From sequence record DRR723986_12936: a stretch of DNA of 32,396 nucleotides; one strand, 5' to 3'. Both the position numbers and the translations under genes were made by a program. Below, piece by piece: positions 10,296 through 19,555 of this stretch (position 1 is its first letter; each line of letters starts with the position of its first letter). Under the pieces are notes generated by a model. That model saw nothing but the letters and a program-made list of their open reading frames with translations, was not told where the DNA came from and ran no database searches.

Positions 10296-11396
10296 ATGGC
10301 TCGTGTAAGCATCGGCCTTCCCGTCTACAACGGCCAGAACTTCGTCGCCGATGCGATTGAGAGCGTCCTCGCGCAGACGTTCGACGACTGGGAATTGATC
10401 ATTTCCGACAACGCGTCGCAGGACCAGACGGCCGAAATTTGCCAACGATACGCGCAAGACGATCAACGGATTCGCTACTACCGCGAAAGTGACAATCGTG
10501 GTGCCGCGTGGAACTTCAACCGCGTCTTTGAACTTGGTGATAGCGAGTATTTTCGTTGGCTTAGTCACGATGACGTGCTCACTCCGGAGGTGATCGCCGC
10601 CTGCGTCGAGCACCTTGACGAACACGACGATGTACTCTGCGCGACAACGACCAAGATTATCGACTCCGATGGCTATCAGTTGCTGGATCAGCCTGACGGG
10701 CTGGAGACGCCGAACGAATCCATTGATGACGCCTCGGCTCAGGCGGGCATTGGTTTCGACTCGGACTTGAAAATCCAGGGTCTAACCGCCGAAGGTGAGG
10801 CTCTTCGAAAACGCTTGGCAAACAGCTCAAACGCCCGGGATCGGTATGCAGGCATCTTGATGCACTCGCTCCGATGCCATGAAGTGTATGGACTCGTTCG
10901 GCGAAACGTCATGCGCAGTACACAACTGCACCCGAACTACTGCGGTGGCGAGAAAGTGCTCTTGGCTGAACTGGCCCTCAAGGGCACATTCGCCGAGATC
11001 GAAGGGCCTGCGATGCTGACGCGTTGGCATCCGGAGCAATGCAGCAGCTTGAGTTCGACCGAAGAGCAGAGATTGCACATGAATCCCACTGCGACGCATC
11101 GCATTGTCCTACCCCACCAGTATCGCGCGACGCTTGGTTACTTGCAGTTGATCGGTTCAACGGGGCTATCGCTTGGCCAGCGGTGTGCTTGCCTTCTGGT
11201 TTGGTGCCGCTTCGTTTTCCAGTTCAAGAAGTGGGCTGGCGTCTTGCGGAACACGCTCACTCGACAAGAATCTATCACCACAGCGCAGCACTCCTGTCGT
11301 CGCGGCCCCTTGCTAGTGCCCCGGCAATCCGCCGTCCCCCAACGTCGGCTTCCACACGATTCGAAAATCGCCTCGCAAACGCGGTCTTCGGCATAG
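10296..11396 (+). CDS. Glycosyltransferase family 2
   Basis: VSIGLPVYNG, AIESVLAQTF.DWELIISDNAS.D, NRGAAWNFN, WLSHDD. Confidence 0.93.
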   Translation: MARVSIGLPVYNGQNFVADAIESVLAQTFDDWELIISDNASQDQTAEICQRYAQDDQRIRYYRESDNRGAAWNFNRVFELGDSEYFRWLSHDDVLTPEVIAACVEHLDEHDDVLCATTTKIIDSDGYQLLDQPDGLETPNESIDDASAQAGIGFDSDLKIQGLTAEGEALRKRLANSSNARDRYAGILMHSLRCHEVYGLVRRNVMRSTQLHPNYCGGEKVLLAELALKGTFAEIEGPAMLTRWHPEQCSSLSSTEEQRLHMNPTATHRIVLPHQYRATLGYLQLIGSTGLSLGQRCACLLVWCRFVFQFKKWAGVLRNTLTRQESITTAQHSCRRGPLLVPRQSAVPQRRLPHDSKIASQTRSSA

Positions 11397-11551
11397 TGCA
11401 AGCTATGAATCGCGATGCCCGATTGCAGATTGCCGCGTATCACATGGGTGCGTATTGCAAGCTGCGTGTCACGTAACTGCATAGCGTAGGCGGAATAACG
11501 CGGGCCGTTGTGAACAGACACAAAGAAGTACCAACCGAGGAAGCTTATTCA

Positions 11552-12709
11552 ATGGACGAATTCAAAGTAGCAGTCGTTGGCACAGGTTTTATTGGTCCCG
11601 TTCACGTGGAGGGGCTTCGCCGGGCTGGTCAGAAAGTGGTCGGTATTCTCGGCAGCTCGGCAGAGAAGTCAGACGCAGCGGCCAAGTCCCTTGGCATCCC
11701 AACAGCCTACCCAAACCTCGACGCACTCCTGGATGATTCCGAGGTCGATGCAGTCCATATTACTTCGCCCAACCAAGCACACTTTGAACAAGCAATTCGT
11801 TGTATCGAAGCGGGCAAGCACGTTCTGTGTGAAAAACCGCTCGCGATGGACAGCCAGCAGTCGGGCCAACTCGTTGAACTGGCTAAGAAATCAAACGTTG
11901 CCGCCGGTGTGAACTACAACATCCGCTACTATCCGCTGTGCCAAGATGCGGCCGAGCGAACTCGCAGTGGCGACTTTGGAAAACTCTACCACGTCTCTGG
12001 CAGCTACACACAAGACTGGCTCTTCCACCCGACTGACTTTAACTGGCGTGTCCTATCCAGCGAAGGCGGACCGTTGCGTGCACTGGCTGACATCGGCACT
12101 CACTGGCTTGATCTGATGCAGTTCATTGCGAACGATCCTATCACCGCGGTTTGCGCCGATCTGCTAACCGTCTTCCAACAGCGCCAGCGACCAACCGGCA
12201 CTACCGAGACGTTTTCCGGGAAACACCAGAAAGCACCTGTGCCAACAGAGAGCATCGACATCGACACGGAGGACTTCGGTGCGGTTTTGCTCAGGTTCCA
12301 GTCCGGCGCGAAGGGCCTGATGCACGTTTCACAGGTGATGGCCGGACGCAAGAACTCCTGCCAATTCGAAATGGCTGGGGCTAAGCAGGCTCTATCGTGG
12401 AATAGCGAATCGCCGAACTCGATGTGGATTGGTAATCGTGATACCGCCAACCAAACACTCGTGAGAGATCCAGCCTTGATGTCCGATCGGGCGGCGAGAT
12501 TTGCAAATTATCCGGCGGGACACAACGAAGGTTTTCCAGATACTTTCAAACAACTGTTCGTAGATTTCTACTCCAGTATCCAAGACGGTAGCTACCGCGA
12601 GGCTCCGCAGTATCCAACTTTTGCGGACGGTCACCGCGAAATTCTGCTCTGTGAATCCATCCTGCAAAGCGCTCAGCAGCAAGCCTGGCAGAGTGTCCCG
12701 ACGCATTAG
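11552..12709 (+). CDS. Gfo/Idh/MocA family oxidoreductase
   Basis: VAVVGTGFIG, AGKHVLCEKP, DIGTHW.D; ATG 11552 follows GAGGA (ORF track starts at 11510). Confidence 0.93.
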   Translation: MDEFKVAVVGTGFIGPVHVEGLRRAGQKVVGILGSSAEKSDAAAKSLGIPTAYPNLDALLDDSEVDAVHITSPNQAHFEQAIRCIEAGKHVLCEKPLAMDSQQSGQLVELAKKSNVAAGVNYNIRYYPLCQDAAERTRSGDFGKLYHVSGSYTQDWLFHPTDFNWRVLSSEGGPLRALADIGTHWLDLMQFIANDPITAVCADLLTVFQQRQRPTGTTETFSGKHQKAPVPTESIDIDTEDFGAVLLRFQSGAKGLMHVSQVMAGRKNSCQFEMAGAKQALSWNSESPNSMWIGNRDTANQTLVRDPALMSDRAARFANYPAGHNEGFPDTFKQLFVDFYSSIQDGSYREAPQYPTFADGHREILLCESILQSAQQQAWQSVPTH

Positions 12710-12855
12710 TCGTCTGCGACGGCGGAAAGTCCGTCCGAGACCGCTTGCACGCGAATTACTTGCGAAGCAATTTTGCCGCGATCTCTACCTTCGCAGGGCA
12801 AGGCAAATACAATGGTGCCGTCGACCCATTCATCATTATCACGACGGCCCATCCC

Positions 12856-13941
12856 ATGCACCGTTATTCCCTTCTTGCTCTGCCCCTGCTGATCAGCCTG
12901 GCTAGTTGTGTGCCCAATCCGGTAGATCTGCCGATGCCACAACCGGTCAGTCTCGAGAAGGCCGATCCCCAGAGCACAGCATCTAGCTTGCTGCCACGGA
13001 TCGACCAAATTCTGAAGGCGAATCTTGCCAACCGCCAGATGGACGCCAGCGTAAATGCCGCTTGGCAGATCATGCACGGTATCGTTTGCTACGGTGAAGA
13101 ACTGAAAATCGCAACGCCCGATCGCGGCATTACCGGTGCACTGGATTACGCCTTCGACGGAGGCATCATCAAAGGGTTCGAGTTGAGTCGCGGCGTTGAA
13201 CTTGCTGACGGGCGGACAGGCGTTCGCGCAAGACTGGAAGCAGGCAGCTATGAAGGGCAGGGGCACGTCGATCAATGGATCGCAATCTGTGCCATGGCTG
13301 ACATCCCAGGCGAAACAGTTGTTCGCATCCGAGGTACCGAGCACAACCTCCACGATTGGGCGCGGCAAGCTGCCCTCGACGTGAGCGACAATTACCTGGA
13401 CGAATACGGCTGGACACTAATCGCTCTAACGCACTACTTGCCCGACCAACCTGAATGGACAACAGCCGCTGGTGGCAAGGTCTCCTGGGAGGACCTAGTG
13501 GAGGTCGAGATTCGGCAAGAATTGAGCGAAGCAGCTTGTGGAGGAACGCACGGCCTGGCCGGTGTAGTCAGCGCACTGAGGGCCAAAGAGGCACTCAAAC
13601 TGCCAGACTCCGCCGTCTGGACGCAAGCACAAGCGTTGATTGATGAGTGCATCCAGACCGCCCAAACGAACCGCGCAAGTGACGGTCGCCTTTCATGTTA
13701 CTACTTCGATCGCTCTGGTATTTCCAGCGACCTTTCCGTGGAGCTTTCCGGTGCAGGACATGTTTTTGAATTCCTAGCACTCGCACTACCCACGGAAACA
13801 CTCTCAGAGCCGTGGGTCGTTCGGGCATGCGAGAGAGTCTGCGAGTTGATGGAAGCAACACAGTCCATCGACCTTGAATGTGGCGGGCTGTACCATGCTT
13901 TGCATGGATTGAAAGTCTACCGCGATCGCGTCAGCCCCTAG
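12856..13941 (+). CDS. Hypothetical lipoprotein, alpha-helical
   Basis: MHRYSLLALPLLISLASC lipobox from ATG 12856; conserved-looking WQIMHG, QGHVDQW, ACGGTH, CGGLYHA.HGL; TACAAT at 12808-12813. Confidence 0.75.
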   Translation: MHRYSLLALPLLISLASCVPNPVDLPMPQPVSLEKADPQSTASSLLPRIDQILKANLANRQMDASVNAAWQIMHGIVCYGEELKIATPDRGITGALDYAFDGGIIKGFELSRGVELADGRTGVRARLEAGSYEGQGHVDQWIAICAMADIPGETVVRIRGTEHNLHDWARQAALDVSDNYLDEYGWTLIALTHYLPDQPEWTTAAGGKVSWEDLVEVEIRQELSEAACGGTHGLAGVVSALRAKEALKLPDSAVWTQAQALIDECIQTAQTNRASDGRLSCYYFDRSGISSDLSVELSGAGHVFEFLALALPTETLSEPWVVRACERVCELMEATQSIDLECGGLYHALHGLKVYRDRVSP

Positions 13942-15209
13942 TCTGGCCCACTGACATTCAATCCTGCCAAGTGCCCAGTGCTGAACGCCGCCTGGAAATT
14001 GAATCCGCCAATCGGCCCATCAAAGTCCAAGATCTCTCCTGCGAAATAGAGCCCATCGACCAGTCGGCTTTGCATGGTCTTCGGATTGACATCCTTGGTC
14101 CGCACACCGCCAGCGGTAACTTCCGCCTTCGTGTAGCCACGCGTGCCGCTCAACGTGATCGGCAGTCGTTTCACCGATTCAACCAAACGCAATCGCGCAC
14201 TCTTCGGCAACTCCGCTCCAGGCAGTTCCGGCGAGACTCCTGAGCGATCAAGCACAGCCGCAACAATACGTTTGGGCATGTGCTGGCTCAAAAGGCTACT
14301 AATCGTACGGCCTCCCAATCCAATCAGCGTGCTGACCAGCTCCTCCTCAGGAATCGATGGCATCAAATCGAGTTCGATGGATGTCATCGACGGACGCTCG
14401 GCAGAGGCAACCCAGCGCGAGAGATTCATGGGTACCGGACCGGAACATCCAAAGTGCGTCCATAGAAAACCGCCGCGGTAGATCGATCGAGACTCCTTAA
14501 GGCGTTTGCCTCCAACGAGCACCCGAGCTTGCGCGTCCGGTAGTGTCAGTCCCGTCAGCTCGTGCACCCATTGTTCACCACTAACCAGCGGCGTAAGTGC
14601 TGGATAAGTCTGAGTCGTCGAATGCCCCAGTTCACGAGCCCATGGGTAACCGTCTCCGGTTGTTCCACATCCCGGATAGGACAAACCGCCGCAGCAGAGC
14701 AACAACTGCCGTCCCAGCTCAACGAATGATTCACCATTGGTTTCGGCTGTGACATGCCAGCAGTCTTCCGCAACGTCTGAGGCGGCCGCGTTGGCCTTGC
14801 GGGTGAGGCTCTGAACGCCCGTTCCACATCGCAGCTCCGCACCGGCATCGGTTAGCCGCCGGACAAGGGCGTCACGAACATCAATTGCTCGATCCGAAAC
14901 AGGGAACACTTTTCCCGAGTCTTCGACCTTAGTTGCCACGCCTAGTCGATTGAACTCGGCCACAACCTGGTCGGGAGGCAGGGCGTAAAGTGCTGGTTTT
15001 AGAAATCGGCTCTGACTGCCGAACGCATCCATGATACCGCGGATGTCGCAATCATGAGTGATATTGCACCGCGTTCCGCCTGAGATCAAAATCTTGACGC
15101 CAGGCTTGTTGTTTTTCTCGAGCACGAGCGTTCGAACACCTCGCGCAGCGGCCGTACCGGCTGCCCAGAGGCCCGCCGCTCCACCACCGACGATAATCAG
15201 ATCCCACAT
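13938..15209 (-). CDS. HI0933/BaiN-family FAD-dependent oxidoreductase
   Basis: IVGGGAAG, KILISGGTRCNIT, GGLSYP..GTTGDGY, AEVTAGGV, GLYFAGEILD.DG..GGFNFQ.AFSTG. Confidence 0.94.
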   Translation of the reverse strand: MWDLIIVGGGAAGLWAAGTAAARGVRTLVLEKNNKPGVKILISGGTRCNITHDCDIRGIMDAFGSQSRFLKPALYALPPDQVVAEFNRLGVATKVEDSGKVFPVSDRAIDVRDALVRRLTDAGAELRCGTGVQSLTRKANAAASDVAEDCWHVTAETNGESFVELGRQLLLCCGGLSYPGCGTTGDGYPWARELGHSTTQTYPALTPLVSGEQWVHELTGLTLPDAQARVLVGGKRLKESRSIYRGGFLWTHFGCSGPVPMNLSRWVASAERPSMTSIELDLMPSIPEEELVSTLIGLGGRTISSLLSQHMPKRIVAAVLDRSGVSPELPGAELPKSARLRLVESVKRLPITLSGTRGYTKAEVTAGGVRTKDVNPKTMQSRLVDGLYFAGEILDFDGPIGGFNFQAAFSTGHLAGLNVSGPD

Positions 15210-15258
15210 CGTTGACGGTTCGGCCTTTGCATTGGAATCCTAGCAGCGGAACGCGCTG

Positions 15259-18200
15259 CTACACGGATTCCAGAGTTGCTGCAGCACTGGGGCTATTGCC
15301 TTCGTTGGGTGGATTGTAAGGCAATACGACTCTGACGCTAGTTCCGACGCCGACCACGCTGGAAACTTCAATTTTTCCACCCATCAGTGTTACAAGTTCT
15401 CGAGCGATAAACAGCCCGAGGCCCACACTCTTGTCGTTCTTCGATCGCTCACTCACTTCGCCTCGATAGAACGGTTCAAAAACGGAGGTGACAACATCCT
15501 TTTCAATCCCGGCCCCAGTGTCGCGGACTTCGACCTGCCAGAGCCCGTCTTTCCGACCAGCAAGCATCACCGAAATTGAACCTTTGCGAGTGTGCTTCAC
15601 CGAGTTTTCGACCAAATTTTTCGTCACTTCCGAAAGTAGATCAGGATCGAACCGAAGCTTCTCGGGAAGGTTCGTAGATACTTCAGTGTGAAATTCGATC
15701 GGTTTGTTCAGAACACTCAGTTCCCCAATCGCCTGGAGTTTCTCGGTGAAATCACGCAGCGCCGTATCTACGCACTGCATGTCAGGACGACGCTTCAACC
15801 TCGCGTACTTGAGCAGTTGATCCGTCAGGTACCGCATTGAATCGGTACTACTGCGAAGCAGTTTTACGATCTTATCGCGGTCGGATTTCCCGGATGAAAA
15901 CAAATCCGTTGCAACGAGGACAACCCCGAGCGGGTTTCGCAGATCGTGACAGACGCGAGCCAACAGCAACTCTCTCTCCCGGCTGGCATCCTCGGCGTGT
16001 TGACGTGCTTTCTGCTCCTCCTGGTACAACGCCTCGCGGACCGAGGTCTCTGCCTGTCTCGCTCGACGAAGCCTATTGAGGGCCAGAATCAGACCAGCGA
16101 CCAGAATCACAGCCCCTGCAAAAACGAGAAACCGCGTCGCGGGGTGCTGGTACAGTGGATAGTAAGATACGATGCTTATGACATCCACCGGAGAAAAGTT
16201 CCATTCCCCATCGAGCGCTTGAATCTCCACTTGATGAGTTCCACTGGTGGCATATCGCAACGAGATCGTATGCAGGTTGCCAATGGTTTCAGCGTATCGC
16301 CATGCGGTTTCGCCAATTCGATAACGCACGGCGCATTGACTTGAATCGTCGAAAGTGGCAAACCTGAGTTTAACACTCTCGTTGCATCCTACTCGGAACT
16401 GGCGGGTATCGAGTCGCTCGATCATCCCGGAGGCCCTATCAAAAGTAAGCTTGGGCTTACGTTTGGTGGGCTTGAAAGGTACGGCACCACTTTCACTCGC
16501 CAGCCACAATGTTCCCGCTGAATCAACATCACAACCGTGGACGTTCATCGTCTTAAGCGATTCAAAGGGTTGTATTGGACATAGTTCGCCGAGAGCATTC
16601 GCTAGACGGACGCCGGAGTGTCTTGTGATAACCCACAGATTTTCGTTATCAATATCGGGCCGGAGGTCAACGATAATCCGTCCTCGAAATTCGTTGCCGA
16701 AAGCCGGGACTAGCTGCTTACTTTCCTTGTCAAACTCGAAGAGTCCTTCCTCAGTTCCAACCAGCAGTTTGCGAGCAAATTCAACGATAACGGTTGACCG
16801 ACAACGCTGCTTGATTGGAATCTCAAATACTTCAGGCGGCAGTCCTTCGCGTATTCTTACGAGGTGTTTGAAACACGTTGCGACCCATAGCGTTCCATTG
16901 GGTTGGCCATAAATCGCGACGGCTCCTTCTTTCGCAACGTTCCGACCGAGATCCATTGGTACGAGCTTGCTGTCCTTTAGTTCTGCGGCCCCTTGGGCAG
17001 TACCGATAACGATGCGTTCGTCTCTAAGCTGAGTTGCAAAGAAGTAGGCATTGACAGGTTCTTCCCAGGCTCTGCAGCGAAGCCCCTTCCATTGCGAGTC
17101 ACCTGTCTTGAGGTAAAGCGGCAGTGTGGTATTGATTCTCATCCCGGTACCTTGCATCATGGTGGTGCATGCAATGGTAATGTCACCCGGAAAGTGCTTT
17201 ACGCAAACAAAGGGGGCAAGTGCGTTACCAACTATCTTGCCATCGTCGGCTACCCCGAGCTCTTTCTTCGTGAGAACACCGTCGCTAACAATGCCTATCG
17301 AAGGTTCACGTGACGAGACCGTTACCTGTTCTTCTGTTGCCGAAACGTGATAAGCTCTGCCCGACAAGAAACCGCGGTCGCTGGAGTCAACGAGGCGTTT
17401 TCTTTCTACGATCAAGACGCCCGTGCTGCCCGCAGCAACCACGAGCTTTCCATTGCTCGCTAAGCAAGACCGTCGTCTTTCGGCAGTGTTGACCGGAATT
17501 GCCAAACGACGAATCATATTGTTTTCAACCGAGTATATCGCGTCGGCGCAAACGGCCAGCAAGCCAAGCGTTTCACTCTGAAAGATCTCTGTACGCTTGT
17601 ACATTGGATTTCCGGGCCAACGAATACTGGCCCAGGTTCCATCACTGTCCAAGGAGAAAAAGCTTCTTCCCGCAAACCAACATTGGTCGCCTACCAGCGC
17701 CATGCCGGTAATGTTCAAGTTGCCACGATCGATTGCGCGAATCTCGTTTCCGCTCAACAGCAATGGCTTGGCACTCTGGCGCAGAAGCACAATCTCGTCC
17801 TGGTTTGGCAGCTTCACTTCCGGAGGCAAGTTACCCGCGGGCAGCCAGGCCGGATTCTGAGCTAGAGGCGGGCCTCCGTTGACCGGAAGCCGAGACATGG
17901 CAAGAATAATTGCCCCACTGGGAAGCTTGACCTCGCCCCACTTGCCACTAGTAGACACGCGAAAGAGACGTGACCTACCAGCGTCCCCTTCGCCGTTTCT
18001 AAGACTGACCAACGCTTCAGTTTCCGTCACGGGACATATTGCCGTTACAACGGTCTCTTCGCGGCCTTTGGTCAGCTCCGCATCACAGGCCAGATGAATC
18101 AGTTTGTCATGCTGCCAAACGTACACGCCGTCGTCTTCGGTTCCAACCCAAATAGAGTCGTCCGGGCCGACGGCTAAGTTGGTCAGTGGAGACTCCGAGA

Positions 18201-19368
18201 AGTGGTCCAACCCTGGATGCGGGTAGACTCGACCGCCGTTGTAAGCGTAGACAACTCCATCGGTCTCGTTGACCAGCAGAATTACACCGCCAGAGGTTTC
18301 TGCGGCCGCCACGTAGTGTCCAGCGGGCGCGTCAAGCTTTTGATAGGAGAGATTCGACGACGTCGTTCGCGCCACCGAAAAAATCTCCTGATCGATACGC
18401 GGAAGCGCACGCATTTCGTCATCGCCGTTGACCTCGATTGTTGTGGTCAAGCATTCAATGGTGGTCGGAGCGTGGAAAGGGATTGCACGAGCGCCAAAGA
18501 CCCCTTCGCGGTCGGTCATCGTAATCTGCTCAGGCTCGTCGGGCATTCGAACTCGGACCACTTCACCCGCAACCGGAGCAAAACTGTCTCCGAAAACGAC
18601 CCGACGTTCCAGCCGAACTCCACCGTAGCAAGCAAACTGAAAGCCGCCACTGTAATTGTGAAGCTCCATCAGAACACGAATTGGCTTATCGTGCGTTTCG
18701 GCGATGGGCAATCGATGTTCAAACAGTGACAACCAATCTGCCTTAACGTCATCAACAAGCAGATCGTCGTCCAGCCAAACACGCCCTCCGTCATCCATGC
18801 CAAGGAGGATCTGACGTGCCATCGACACGCTTTCGATTTCGCAACACGCGTAGCAAACCGTTTGCGCCGGATTGTCAAACCGGGGCGTCGCCCCTTGATT
18901 GCGGTAGTCGTAGTCGAAGGTAAAGTCGCCGAGGTTGACGACGCCAAACTTGTCAGCCTCCCAAGTCTTCCACTTTCGAACCTGGCCGTCGGGGAAAGTC
19001 ACTTCCTTATCCAGGCGGATGTCACCGAACAGCTCGAGTGGATTCTCAGGCTCCGAGCCACGTTTTATTGGCCCCAGTAGAGCCCACTTGGTTAGATAGC
19101 CAGCATCGAATCGGTAGAGGGGTACCTGGGAACCACGATCGACATCTGCTATCCCCGATTCAGGTTTAATCGAACCGGTTTCATCCGCCGCACGACCTTC
19201 CCCTAGCCGCTCCTTCGCAGAGATGTCCGTTGGCGCAGCGCGCAAGAGGCCAATCCGCAAGCCCAAAGGCACTCGACCGCAAGCCACCGCGATCAGCAGC
19301 AATGGTATCAACTTAATGCATCTACTTTGCAATGCACGCGGCATAGTAGAAGCACCTTCCCTCGCCAT
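15259..19368 (-). CDS. Sensor histidine kinase with large extracytoplasmic beta-propeller/Y_Y_Y region
   Basis: N-terminal hydrophobic stretch; repeated D..G.LW.(G/A)T..G units; YRI..W..GTHQVEIQALD; TM; HisKA HDLRNPL; NLVENS.KHT, DTGAGI, GLGLFI boxes; no receiver domain. Confidence 0.9.
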   Translation of the reverse strand: MAREGASTMPRALQSRCIKLIPLLLIAVACGRVPLGLRIGLLRAAPTDISAKERLGEGRAADETGSIKPESGIADVDRGSQVPLYRFDAGYLTKWALLGPIKRGSEPENPLELFGDIRLDKEVTFPDGQVRKWKTWEADKFGVVNLGDFTFDYDYRNQGATPRFDNPAQTVCYACCEIESVSMARQILLGMDDGGRVWLDDDLLVDDVKADWLSLFEHRLPIAETHDKPIRVLMELHNYSGGFQFACYGGVRLERRVVFGDSFAPVAGEVVRVRMPDEPEQITMTDREGVFGARAIPFHAPTTIECLTTTIEVNGDDEMRALPRIDQEIFSVARTTSSNLSYQKLDAPAGHYVAAAETSGGVILLVNETDGVVYAYNGGRVYPHPGLDHFSESPLTNLAVGPDDSIWVGTEDDGVYVWQHDKLIHLACDAELTKGREETVVTAICPVTETEALVSLRNGEGDAGRSRLFRVSTSGKWGEVKLPSGAIILAMSRLPVNGGPPLAQNPAWLPAGNLPPEVKLPNQDEIVLLRQSAKPLLLSGNEIRAIDRGNLNITGMALVGDQCWFAGRSFFSLDSDGTWASIRWPGNPMYKRTEIFQSETLGLLAVCADAIYSVENNMIRRLAIPVNTAERRRSCLASNGKLVVAAGSTGVLIVERKRLVDSSDRGFLSGRAYHVSATEEQVTVSSREPSIGIVSDGVLTKKELGVADDGKIVGNALAPFVCVKHFPGDITIACTTMMQGTGMRINTTLPLYLKTGDSQWKGLRCRAWEEPVNAYFFATQLRDERIVIGTAQGAAELKDSKLVPMDLGRNVAKEGAVAIYGQPNGTLWVATCFKHLVRIREGLPPEVFEIPIKQRCRSTVIVEFARKLLVGTEEGLFEFDKESKQLVPAFGNEFRGRIIVDLRPDIDNENLWVITRHSGVRLANALGELCPIQPFESLKTMNVHGCDVDSAGTLWLASESGAVPFKPTKRKPKLTFDRASGMIERLDTRQFRVGCNESVKLRFATFDDSSQCAVRYRIGETAWRYAETIGNLHTISLRYATSGTHQVEIQALDGEWNFSPVDVISIVSYYPLYQHPATRFLVFAGAVILVAGLILALNRLRRARQAETSVREALYQEEQKARQHAEDASRERELLLARVCHDLRNPLGVVLVATDLFSSGKSDRDKIVKLLRSSTDSMRYLTDQLLKYARLKRRPDMQCVDTALRDFTEKLQAIGELSVLNKPIEFHTEVSTNLPEKLRFDPDLLSEVTKNLVENSVKHTRKGSISVMLAGRKDGLWQVEVRDTGAGIEKDVVTSVFEPFYRGEVSERSKNDKSVGLGLFIARELVTLMGGKIEVSSVVGVGTSVRVVLPYNPPNEGNSPSAAATLESV

Positions 19369-19555
19369 CGATTTCTGCAGAAACGAACACCTCCTAGCAC
19401 CCGAGAAGAGCGGAGGCGGTAGGCAATGAGCAGATCAAAATTGTTTGAAACGTGCAAGAACGCGCCCGAAGATTGGCGCATCACCGCCAGCGGCGATCAA
19501 TAAAGAAGCTCTTCACTACCCAAGCGAGGGGCAGAAATCTTCGCGTGGTGGCGAA

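Noticed and set aside
12706-13368. Long antisense ORFs (also 4475..5158, 22521..23165, 30689..31291)
   Set aside because: They overlap well-supported genes on the opposite strand and lack recognisable motifs
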